Below are positions 18,561 to 28,051 of a stretch of 64,000 nucleotides of DNA, one piece after another. The translations under genes and the position numbers were made by a program. Every line of letters begins with the position of its first letter. Positions within the stretch are counted from its first letter, which is position 1. The DNA lies in contig CANPZY010000003.1 of NCBI GenBank assembly GCA_947588945.1, positions 1,058 to 65,057 of the forward strand, given 5' to 3'. The notes beneath the pieces were generated by a model. The model saw only the letters and a list, made by a program, of their open reading frames with translations. It ran no database searches and was not told where the DNA came from. The stretch is from an uncultured Clostridia bacterium (GTDB lineage Bacteria > Bacillota > Clostridia > TANB77 > CAG-508).

Positions 18561-21500
18561 TTATACATATTCTCTTACTCTCTTATAAATTCCTACCCCT
18601 AATAAACTCAATGCTCCTATTATTGTTACTGATAAAAAAATCATTATAACAGTCTCTTTTAATACATCTCTTCTTACTATTAATATGTCTGCTATTCCAT
18701 CCGCTTTTACCACTTGCCCAGCTTTAGCATTTATTTCTTTAATGCCATATTCATTATATGTTTCTCTAATTTCTGCTGTACTATGAATTAATTCTTTATC
18801 ATTTTCATTTAATTCTTTTGTTACTATTAATTTTAATTCCTCTTTTTCTCCTTGTTTTATAACCTTATTGCTTAAACTTCTACTTACAACTTCTCCTTTT
18901 GAATTTTCATACCAATCCTTATTTAATTCTGAAATAAAGTTCATTCCTTCAGGTATTTCATTCCTTATTTCTTTTGCATATCCGTCTATGTTTCCTTCAT
19001 TTTTTACTTCTATAGTATATTCTATTATTGCTATAGCTTTATCTTTTTCTGCTATGTCTATTCTTGATTTTTCTATATCTTCTCCTTCATAAACTTTACT
19101 CTTTTCGCCATTTAATATTGTTACTTTTGAGATTTTATTATTTGCTGTTATATAGAATTTATCTTGATCAACTAATCCTAAATCTATGTTATAAAGATTT
19201 TTTTCTTTTATTGTTATTATATTTGTCGTTGCTGTTTTATCTTCCTTTATAATCATTCCTTTTTCTGCTTGTACGAAGTCATTGTCTTCATTTTCGTTTA
19301 AGCCGTTTTCTTGATAATTTACTATTTTATATTTATCTTCATCATACTTAGCAATTACTATATATTGTCCTTTTTCTAAATTCTCAAAACTATATTCTCC
19401 ATCAGCCTTTGTAATTACTGCTTTTTCTTTTCCTTCATTATCTTTTACATATTCTGACTTATTGACATTATATAGTTTTATTTCTACTCCTTTTATTACT
19501 TCTTCATCATCTTGTTTTCCATTCTTATTTTTGTCATACCATACTCTTCCGCTTATACCATAAGTATTTTTTTCTTCTTTTACATTTTCTTCTTCTGCAA
19601 TCTCTGTATTGAAATTTGAAGTTCCTTCTATTTCTTGCTTAATACTATTTGTTCCTACATCCAATCCATTTGCTTTTACTGATACTTTATTTTCTATTTC
19701 TTTTGTTTCTTCAACTAAGTTTAATCTATATGGTTTGGCAACTATTGTTACTTTTATACTGCTTCCTGCTGATACTTTCTCTATTATGCTTGGTGATAAT
19801 GATACATTTTCTTCTATTACATTATTTCCATTTCTCAATATATATTTTTCTATTTTTAATTCTTTTGGTAATTCATCATAAATATTAATTTCTGCTTCTT
19901 TTTTTGATGCGTTTTCTACTTCTATATAATATTCTACTGTATCTGTATCTATCATTTTGCCTTCTATATTACTGCTTACATTTACATTTATGCCTTTTGT
20001 ATCTTTTACATATCTTGTTACTGTATTTGATTTTGTTTCTTGGTCATCATATCTTCCTATTGCTGTTAAAGATATTTCTTGATTTGGTTCATCTGATCCA
20101 ACTACTTCAGCTGTAAATGTTAAGTATTTAAATACATTTATCTCTTCTATTTTAAATCTTAATTTTCTTTCGTTTTGATTATATTCCCCTTCTTTACTAT
20201 CCTTTATTTCTATGTATTTTGGAATATCTATCTCTATTTCTAAGTTTTTCTTGCCTTCCATACTATTGTCATTTATTTCTAAGTTATACTCTATCTCATT
20301 TCCCACTTCATACTCTGACTTTAATACCATAGTTGACATTTTTATGCTTACATTTCCATCAGCTACAGTATTTTCATATATTGCTGTACTCATATCTGCC
20401 ATATTATCTGCTGTTACTTCTGGTCTTATTACTATGTTATTTCCTATTTCTGCTGTTGAAGATATATATAGCACGATTTCTACTTGTTTTGTTTCTCCTG
20501 CTTCTATTCTTTCTATTTCTCTTGTTATTTCAGAAGTTGTATATATGTCTGAATCATAAAACTCTGATTCTTCATCATACATTTCATAAAATACTCCACA
20601 TTCTGCTGGTATTCCTATTTTTACTTTTACATTTTCTGCCGCTTTCTTTCCATCATTAGTTGCATTAATTGTATATTTTACATAGCTTCCAAGTCCTATA
20701 TTATCTCCATAGTTAATAACATTACCTGAATAATAATCGCTAGCTGTAATTGTAGTTTTTATAATAGGAATATTTTCTGTATCAATATTTATTTTTCTTG
20801 ATACAATTATATTTTTATAATCTTCACTATCATTATTATCATAATATACAGCAAAAATTGATATAGCTCTATTTTCATAATCTATATTGCTTGGCACATT
20901 GATATCATAAGAAAAATCTATCTTTTGTGCAGGAGTAACTTCTGATTTTGCTACTATTAGATATGATTTTGCATTTGTATTAAATTCTTGAGTCCATCCA
21001 TTATCTGAATTTGATAAATCAAAACTTGCTGAACCATTTTCTGAGTAATATATATCTGCATCAATTCCTTCTACTGAAATTGGTGTTTTTATATTAGTTG
21101 TATAAGTTGATTCTAAATCATTATTTAATCCATCAACAGATTTAGTCTCTTGAGCTGGTACTCTTCCAAGTATTAGCACTCCTGTTCCATTGTTTTCAAG
21201 ATTGCTAACAACAGTTCCTTTCAAAGTAATTTGCTTTTCAACATCATTTGCTGCAATTTGAAATACTTCATCACTATTTATTGCAGTTGAATTCTTTGCT
21301 TGCATGGCAGAATTTGCAATAACAAAACCTGTAGGAGCAACTATCTGAATAGGTGTTTCTACTGATTTTATTTCATTTCTTTCTGGGTTTGTATATTCTA
21401 AAATAATTTTTTCATTTGAGTTTACTGCTAAATTATCTAATCCTAAATCTGCAACAATTTTAATAACTGAACCATTTGCTGTAGGTATAGAACTATATTC

Positions 21501-23225
21501 AGTTTGGGTTCCTTCTAATCTTAAATATATTTTATTTTCTTCTGTTCTGAAATCTGCTGGTTTTAATTCATCATCATATAAAAGTTTTGCATCTTTTAAT
21601 TCTATACTTGTTATTTGATTTGGTAATGTTATTAATAACTCTGGGTTTGTATATAATGCATCTGAAATATCATTTCTTTCTAATGTCGCAGTTATAACTA
21701 CATCTTCATTTTTTACAACTGTAGATAAATCACTTTGATTAATACTTATTGTTGCATTTGAAGATGGCTCAACTAAGTTAAATTTTTTTACTAAATGATT
21801 ATTTGAAATTTCATTTCCTTGATAGTTACCAATTATGTCTATATTATTTTCTATTTCATTTAATTCTGATAGTGATTCTTTTGTATATTCCATATTAGGA
21901 TTTATTACTTTATTTAAATTTATATTTATATTTCCTTCTTGAATAGGCTTACTAGTAATATACTGTAAGCTATTTTTATCAACATTTAATTCTAAATTAT
22001 CCTTATTTAAAATTCCAAGTTCACTATTATCTTTATCTAAAACTTTTATACTTCCATCTTCACCTAAAATTTTTATTAATTCTTCTTTATCTACTGTTAC
22101 TTTTCTAGTTACTGTATTTTCTTCATTCTCTGATACTTTAATTTCATCTAGAAAATCAACTAGACCAATATTTATTTGATAGTTTTGTTCAAATGAAGTT
22201 TCTAATTTATCTTCTCTATTTAAGTTTGTGTATAAATATCCTTTACTTAATTCGTCTACTCCTTTTATGCTTGTTTCTAGCAAGTTACCTATTTCATCTT
22301 TTACCTCAAAAGATGTTTCATCTGTTTTTGTTTCTATTGTTTTATCATTTATAGTTTTTATCTGATTTAATGCAACTGTTGATAAAGTTGTCTCATCCAT
22401 TTGGTTATCATATATATATGTAACTAAATATTCATTAGCTGAATTCCAAGTAAATTCGTCAGGACTCTTTATTGCAAGTACTTGATTTTCATAGATATAA
22501 TCTGAGTAATCACCTGTAACAATTATTTTACTTGGTTCCTCATCTGCTATTTTTGGCACTAAAACCTGAGTAACCTTATTTAATTGAGGTAATTTATTAT
22601 CTTGTATACCATCTGTTATCAAAAAGCTAATTAATGTTTTATTATCATACTTTAAATATCTTTTAAGTTCTTGATTAATATACCCTTGTGCTTCTTCATC
22701 CCATTTTACATTAAGACTAACTTCTTTAGAAATCTTTTTTTCTTCTCCTGCATCATTGATATAGTTAGCCTTTAATTGTACTTTGCTCTCTTTATTAAAA
22801 TACTCATTTTCCATTAAATCTTGTTTTCCGAATTCAATTGGCAATTCAAAATTAAGAGGATTTCCACTATTTACTTGTCCAATTTCCATTTTGCCTGAGT
22901 CATTTTGTTTTAAATTTTTAACCTCTTTTTCATTTATATCAGTTTGAATATCTCCAATCTTGTAATTATTGTCACTTATAGAAATACTTCCATCTTTAAT
23001 ATATCCACCATCTTGTACAGATAAATTAAACTCAAGTGTTAATTTTTCATCTAAGCTTGCTGTATAGGAATGTTCATTATTTATTGTTACATCAAATAAT
23101 ATATCTTCATTTTGACTCATTTGATTCGTAGCATAAGCTAAAACCGGCATAAAGTTAGAACCAATTAAAACTATCGATATAATTGATGATGTAAACTTAT
23201 TAAAAATATCCTTAAGCTTCTTCAT
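18561..23225 (-). CDS. giant secreted/membrane-anchored surface protein (DUF11-like repeats, SdrD-B-like domain)
   Basis: Signal peptide MKKLKDIFNKFTSSIISIVLIGSNFMPVLAYA. Repeats of the type NATNDGKKAAENVKVKIGIPAE, VENASKKEAEINIYDELPKEL and VKNEGNIDGYAKEIRNEIPEGM. B-domain ISGRVWYDKNKNGKQDDEE..GVEIKLYN...ADGEYSFENLEKGQYIV. C-terminal TM helix followed by KRVREYV. Confidence 0.8.
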   Translation of the reverse strand: MKKLKDIFNKFTSSIISIVLIGSNFMPVLAYATNQMSQNEDILFDVTINNEHSYTASLDEKLTLEFNLSVQDGGYIKDGSISISDNNYKIGDIQTDINEKEVKNLKQNDSGKMEIGQVNSGNPLNFELPIEFGKQDLMENEYFNKESKVQLKANYINDAGEEKKISKEVSLNVKWDEEAQGYINQELKRYLKYDNKTLISFLITDGIQDNKLPQLNKVTQVLVPKIADEEPSKIIVTGDYSDYIYENQVLAIKSPDEFTWNSANEYLVTYIYDNQMDETTLSTVALNQIKTINDKTIETKTDETSFEVKDEIGNLLETSIKGVDELSKGYLYTNLNREDKLETSFEQNYQINIGLVDFLDEIKVSENEENTVTRKVTVDKEELIKILGEDGSIKVLDKDNSELGILNKDNLELNVDKNSLQYITSKPIQEGNININLNKVINPNMEYTKESLSELNEIENNIDIIGNYQGNEISNNHLVKKFNLVEPSSNATISINQSDLSTVVKNEDVVITATLERNDISDALYTNPELLITLPNQITSIELKDAKLLYDDELKPADFRTEENKIYLRLEGTQTEYSSIPTANGSVIKIVADLGLDNLAVNSNEKIILEYTNPERNEIKSVETPIQIVAPTGFVIANSAMQAKNSTAINSDEVFQIAANDVEKQITLKGTVVSNLENNGTGVLILGRVPAQETKSVDGLNNDLESTYTTNIKTPISVEGIDADIYYSENGSASFDLSNSDNGWTQEFNTNAKSYLIVAKSEVTPAQKIDFSYDINVPSNIDYENRAISIFAVYYDNNDSEDYKNIIVSRKINIDTENIPIIKTTITASDYYSGNVINYGDNIGLGSYVKYTINATNDGKKAAENVKVKIGIPAECGVFYEMYDEESEFYDSDIYTTSEITREIERIEAGETKQVEIVLYISSTAEIGNNIVIRPEVTADNMADMSTAIYENTVADGNVSIKMSTMVLKSEYEVGNEIEYNLEINDNSMEGKKNLEIEIDIPKYIEIKDSKEGEYNQNERKLRFKIEEINVFKYLTFTAEVVGSDEPNQEISLTAIGRYDDQETKSNTVTRYVKDTKGINVNVSSNIEGKMIDTDTVEYYIEVENASKKEAEINIYDELPKELKIEKYILRNGNNVIEENVSLSPSIIEKVSAGSSIKVTIVAKPYRLNLVEETKEIENKVSVKANGLDVGTNSIKQEIEGTSNFNTEIAEEENVKEEKNTYGISGRVWYDKNKNGKQDDEEVIKGVEIKLYNVNKSEYVKDNEGKEKAVITKADGEYSFENLEKGQYIVIAKYDEDKYKIVNYQENGLNENEDNDFVQAEKGMIIKEDKTATTNIITIKEKNLYNIDLGLVDQDKFYITANNKISKVTILNGEKSKVYEGEDIEKSRIDIAEKDKAIAIIEYTIEVKNEGNIDGYAKEIRNEIPEGMNFISELNKDWYENSKGEVVSRSLSNKVIKQGEKEELKLIVTKELNENDKELIHSTAEIRETYNEYGIKEINAKAGQVVKADGIADILIVRRDVLKETVIMIFLSVTIIGALSLLGVGIYKRVREYV

Positions 23226-23592
23226 ATTTTCCTCCTACAGACAAATTGCTTATATATTTTTATTTATATTAAAGCCAATTTAATTATTGTAATACTAAAA
23301 TACAAATAAAATAAATTCAATACATATTTTTTTAAGATTATCTATAAGCATTTACGGAAGGGCATTTCAAGGTTATAATATTAAATTTATATTACATTTT
23401 GTTAGCAATTTCTTAGATTTTTTTCTTTATTTTCAGGTCAAAAACGTACTTGCGTAAGAATCCTTTTAGTAATATTTGATTATAATTATTATAAAAATTT
23501 AGTAACAATTTTATTTTTTTCTCATATAATAAATATATATAATATACTTTTATGATTAATTATAGATTTATAAAGAAAGGAATGTACATATT

Positions 23593-24198
23593 ATGAATGA
23601 TAATGATATGAATGAAATGATAAAAAAGGCTCAGTCTATGATTCAAAATAATCAAATTCCTGATGATATAAAAAAACTAATTAATAATTTTCAAAATTCT
23701 AACTCTAATAATTTTAATTCCCAAACAAATACAAATAATGTAAAAAATAATTATAACTATAATAAAAACAATAATAATTCTAACTATAATAAATCAATTA
23801 ATAAAAGCAATTATAACTCTAATTTTGACAAATCAATTAATTCAAGTAATTCTAATTTTAATAAATCAATTAATTCAAATAATTCTAACACTTCAAATAA
23901 TTCTAATAATTCCAATAATTCTAATACTTCAAATAACTTCCATGATTCTATTAATTCTAACTCAACTAATCAAAATAATAGTATGCCTGATATAGATATA
24001 GAAACTATGATGAAGATTCAAAAAATAATGTCTCAAATGAAAAATAGTAATGATGATGATATGAGTAAATTACTTATATCTTTAAAGCCTTATCTTAGGG
24101 ACACAAAAAAAGATAAACTTGATGAATATATAAAATTAATAAAAATGGGAAAAATGACTCAATTATTTAATTCATTTGGTGGTGATCAAAAATATTAG
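23593..24198 (+). CDS. Asn/Ser-rich low-complexity protein, possibly continuing to 24344 after a -1 shift
   Basis: 201-aa ORF with a central tract of about 110 aa made almost only of N/S/K/T. RBS AAAGGAA lies upstream. See the finding on the A5 run at 24188-24192. Confidence 0.6.
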   Translation: MNDNDMNEMIKKAQSMIQNNQIPDDIKKLINNFQNSNSNNFNSQTNTNNVKNNYNYNKNNNNSNYNKSINKSNYNSNFDKSINSSNSNFNKSINSNNSNTSNNSNNSNNSNTSNNFHDSINSNSTNQNNSMPDIDIETMMKIQKIMSQMKNSNDDDMSKLLISLKPYLRDTKKDKLDEYIKLIKMGKMTQLFNSFGGDQKY

Positions 24199-24342
24199 AT
24201 AATGATGGAAAAATAGATATTTTTGGATTTAAATTATACTCTGATGACTTACTTATTATTGCATTACTTTTCTTTTTATATATAGAAAATGTCCACGAAA
24301 AATTTTTATATATTATTCTATTTTTACTTTTAATAAATAACT

Positions 24343-24459
24343 AAAAAAAATATTATAATTCTGCAGTGGCGCGTAGCGACCAAGCGAAGCGCGAATGGAG
24401 CGAAAATGTCTTGACATTTTCAGCGACAACAAGCCACAAAGAAATATAATATTTTTTTT
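24343..24459 (+). repeat. palindromic structured element, copy A (AT outer stem + conserved GC-rich core)
   Basis: Outer stem 24343-24361 / 24441-24459 (18 of 19 bp). Closing stem GTGGC/GCCAC (24366-70 / 24433-37). Hairpin GAAAATGTC..GACATTTTC (24402-24421). The core is near-identical to the reverse complement of 48556-48628. Confidence 0.7.
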
Positions 24460-24491
24460 ATTATTAGTAACAATAATTTATTATTTATATT

Positions 24492-26549
24492 TTATCTTAT
24501 ACTTTGCATATAAGACGAAACTGATGTGTCCTCAGTTATTTGAAATGCATTCATTCCTAAATATTGTGCAAATATTGATCTTGCTACAGGTGCAGTAGAA
24601 CCTCCATGTGCACCATCTTTTACATATACCGCAACTGCTATCTCTGGATCATCAAATGGTGCAAATCCTACGAACCATGCATTTGTTCCATTATTTGTAG
24701 ATGCAGAACCCGTTTTACCACCAACTTGAATATTAAAGTCTCTAAAATATGAATATGCAGTTCCCGCATCGTCGCTTGTAACCCCTTTCATTCCTTCTCT
24801 AATTGCTGCTATAATCTCTGGACTTAATTCTAAGTCACTTCCACTATTTTCATTCTTCTGAAGCAATTCACATACATAAGTATCTATTTCGTTTCTTGAA
24901 ACTTGCGTACCATCATTTTTATTAATGGATTTTATTATTGTTACATCTATATTTTTTCCGCCATTTGCAAGCATTGCTGTATATTTTGCCATTTGTAGAG
25001 GAGTAAAATCATTATATAATTGTCCAATAGCTGTTTGTATGGTCTTTCCTCCAGTCCATTCATTATCTACTTCTGGAGATGAAAGAGTTCCTGCTATTTC
25101 ATCTGGCAACTCAACTCCTGTTTTTTGTCCTAATCCAAAAGCCTTTGCAACTTCAGATAACTTTTCAATTCCTGCTCTTCTTCCTGTTTCATAAAAGAAA
25201 TAGTTGCAAGAATGTTCTATAGCCTGCACAACATTTTGCCATCCATGTCCACCTCTTTGCCAACATGTAGGTTGATAATCTTTAAAATAAGTATATCTAT
25301 AAGTGTCATTTATTTTTGTATTTAAGTCAATCGCTCCACTTTCCAAACCTGCTATTGCTGTTACTAATTTAAATGTTGAACCTGGTGCAGATTTATCAGA
25401 AATCGCTTTATTAACTAGAGGGTGCCTTCCATCATTTAAATAATTATCCCAATTTGCTTGACTTATTCCATCTGTAAATAGTGAAGGGTCATAATTTGGA
25501 TAACTTGCCATTGCTAAAATCTCTCCTGTTTTTACATTTACTACTACGGCTGCACCTTCATTTGCATTTCTTGCATCACTTAGTACCCCATTTTGCATAT
25601 CTTGTATATCTTTTGCTAAAGCTTCTTCTGTTACTCTTTGTAAATCTGCTTGTATTGTTAAAACTACATCACTTCCTGTTACTGCTTCTTTTGAAATATA
25701 TTCATCTGTAACTAAACCCTCAACAGACATATCTATCTGTTTTATTCCATCTTGTCCTTTTAGATATTTTTCAAAAACTTTTTCGATTCCAGTTTTTCCA
25801 ATAATATCGTTTTGATCATAACCTGGATTTGCTTCTAATTCAGGTTGCGAAATTGGACCTACATAACCTAATATATGTGATGCAAGTTCCCCTAATGGAT
25901 ATAGAACTGTTGGCTCTGTATAAGTACTAATTCCAGGAAATTCAGAACTCATCTCATTAAATTTAGCATAGCTTGTATTACTAATATTTTTTGCTAATAT
26001 TACTGACTTTGTATTACTATATCCATCTCTTTCTATTAAATATCTCAATGTAATTATCTTTCTAGCATCTTCATCATTTTCTGCTTTTACTTTATATCTT
26101 TCTTTAAAAAAATTAAACGAAGCTTCTGCATCAGCATTACTATCTATTTTATTTGCACTTTTCCAAGCTTCAGCATTTATATTTTTAAATTCAAATGGAT
26201 TTATATTTATTGGAAAATCATCAATATAACTATCACCATTTTCTTCAAGAGTTTTTGCTAATAATAAAAGTGTATTATTTAATGTGTCATTATCAATTTT
26301 TGTCTTATAGATTTCCACATTATATAACATACTTGTGGATACTAATTTGTTTCCTGTCGAATCTAAAATATTCCCTCTAGTTGCTGTAATCGTTTTTTCT
26401 CTAGTTAGCCTTGTATTTGATGTTTCCCTATATTCTTCTCCATGAACAATTTGCAAATTGAACAATGTTACAAGCAAAATAATACCAATAATGTAGACTA
26501 TCGCAATAAGAATATTAAATCTTAATTTAGTATCTTTCTTTTCTTTCAT
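24492..26549 (-). CDS. mrdA: penicillin-binding protein 2 (elongation transpeptidase)
   Basis: N-terminal TM helix plus SxxK (STFK), SxN (SCN) and KTG (KTGSA) motifs. Located directly downstream of mreBCD. Confidence 0.9.
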   Translation of the reverse strand: MKEKKDTKLRFNILIAIVYIIGIILLVTLFNLQIVHGEEYRETSNTRLTREKTITATRGNILDSTGNKLVSTSMLYNVEIYKTKIDNDTLNNTLLLLAKTLEENGDSYIDDFPININPFEFKNINAEAWKSANKIDSNADAEASFNFFKERYKVKAENDEDARKIITLRYLIERDGYSNTKSVILAKNISNTSYAKFNEMSSEFPGISTYTEPTVLYPLGELASHILGYVGPISQPELEANPGYDQNDIIGKTGIEKVFEKYLKGQDGIKQIDMSVEGLVTDEYISKEAVTGSDVVLTIQADLQRVTEEALAKDIQDMQNGVLSDARNANEGAAVVVNVKTGEILAMASYPNYDPSLFTDGISQANWDNYLNDGRHPLVNKAISDKSAPGSTFKLVTAIAGLESGAIDLNTKINDTYRYTYFKDYQPTCWQRGGHGWQNVVQAIEHSCNYFFYETGRRAGIEKLSEVAKAFGLGQKTGVELPDEIAGTLSSPEVDNEWTGGKTIQTAIGQLYNDFTPLQMAKYTAMLANGGKNIDVTIIKSINKNDGTQVSRNEIDTYVCELLQKNENSGSDLELSPEIIAAIREGMKGVTSDDAGTAYSYFRDFNIQVGGKTGSASTNNGTNAWFVGFAPFDDPEIAVAVYVKDGAHGGSTAPVARSIFAQYLGMNAFQITEDTSVSSYMQSIR

Positions 26550-26608
26550 TATTCCTCCACAAATTTTTCTATAAAATCTTTATAATTTCTTTATATAGTA
26601 GCTAATTT

Positions 26609-27142
26609 TTAAAAATATCTTGTTAATAATTTTTTGTTTTTAAATATATTTTCTAAATAATATCCTATTTTTTTCATTAATGGATATAAAATAATTACTA
26701 TCATAACATTATATATAACTTCTACAAATAACAATATAGAAAATGCTAATATTTCTACTTCTATTTTAAATTTTATTATATTTATAACATACATACATAT
26801 TTCAAATAAAATTGTCGCACCTGCTGTCATAAAAATTATTGTTAATCTACTATCTTTAGAAAAATTTTTATCGAAGATTTCTCCTAAAAGCCCAATTGCT
26901 CCGAGAATAATGCCCGTAAATCCTATACTTCTTCCTACTAATATATCCAAAATAGTTCCGAAAACAATCCCACAAATTCCTCCAATTTTTTTGCCAGCAA
27001 ATAACCCTATAAATAGTGATAATATAACAAATAAATTAGGCTTTACTCCTCTAATTGTAAACCATGAGAAAAAATTAATTTGAAAAAAATATAACAATAT
27101 GAATATTAATACTATAATTAATGTGCCCCTAACCTTTTTCAA
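26609..27142 (-). CDS. mreD: rod shape-determining protein MreD
   Basis: 177-aa polytopic membrane protein positioned between mreC and PBP2. Confidence 0.8.
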   Translation of the reverse strand: MKKVRGTLIIVLIFILLYFFQINFFSWFTIRGVKPNLFVILSLFIGLFAGKKIGGICGIVFGTILDILVGRSIGFTGIILGAIGLLGEIFDKNFSKDSRLTIIFMTAGATILFEICMYVINIIKFKIEVEILAFSILLFVEVIYNVMIVIILYPLMKKIGYYLENIFKNKKLLTRYF

Positions 27143-27235
27143 TTCTTTCTCCTTTACCTTTTATTTATATATAATCTTAATTAATAATAACCATCTCTAA
27201 TTAAATATTGACTAATCAAAATAAGCATTTCTAAT

Positions 27236-28051
27236 TTATTGATTAGTAATAACTAAGACAGTTTCTAATTTTGAGAAATCTGTCGCTGGATTAACGGTTG
27301 CATATCTGTCTAATTCATTTTTTGTATTTACAACTTGTGAAATCGTTCCTATTAAAATTCCTTTAGGAAATATACCTCCAAAACCTGATGTAACAACATC
27401 ATCTCCTTGCAAAATACTTGCTTCAACTGGAATTGATGTTGCTCTCAAATTTTTTTCATCCGCTAAAGTTCCTTTTAATAATATACTTTCCTCTGAGGTT
27501 GAAATTGTAGCACTTACAGTGCTTGCGGTATCAATAATTGTTTGTACTTTTGATGTTTTGTCAGTTACGGATAGAATTCTTCCAACTAAACCTGACTCAG
27601 ATATAACAGGCATATTTTCTTCTATTCCATCGTTTTTTCCAGCATTTATTATTATTACTTTGTCATAGTTACTATAACTTCTTTCAATAACATTTGCCGG
27701 AACTGTTTCATAATCAGCATATTTATTTTTTAAATTTACATATTCTTTAAGTGTATTATTTTCAGATTTTAATATTTCTAATTCTCTAACTTGTTCTTTA
27801 AGCTTTGAATTTTCTTCTCTTAAACCTGAATTTTCATTTTTGAGATTCTCTATATCGCTTATTTCTTGATCATTACCAGTTAACTTATTTTTTATATATA
27901 TAAAACCATTTTGAAGTGGCATAAATAGCTTACTAACTGCGGTTTGAGCCATATACATTTGAGATGTACCAATATTTGACATTACAACCATTATGACTAA
28001 AACTATTACTGTAATTATTATTCCAATAAAGCTAGTTTTGCTACTCTTCAT
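27236..28051 (-). CDS. mreC: rod shape-determining protein MreC
   Basis: N-terminal TM helix, a coiled coil (LKNENSGLREENSKLKEQVRELE), and a C-terminal beta domain ending ...GGIFPKGILIGTI. Its start overlaps the mreB stop (TAATG). Confidence 0.85.
   Translation of the reverse strand: MKSSKTSFIGIIITVIVLVIMVVMSNIGTSQMYMAQTAVSKLFMPLQNGFIYIKNKLTGNDQEISDIENLKNENSGLREENSKLKEQVRELEILKSENNTLKEYVNLKNKYADYETVPANVIERSYSNYDKVIIINAGKNDGIEENMPVISESGLVGRILSVTDKTSKVQTIIDTASTVSATISTSEESILLKGTLADEKNLRATSIPVEASILQGDDVVTSGFGGIFPKGILIGTISQVVNTKNELDRYATVNPATDFSKLETVLVITNQ

Noticed and set aside
24395-24598. 67-aa plus-strand ORF starting inside element A (MERKCLDIFSDNKPQ...).
   Set aside because: It runs antisense into the PBP2 gene. 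The equivalent frame in copy B stops after 5 codons (MERKV-stop), so the coding potential is not conserved.
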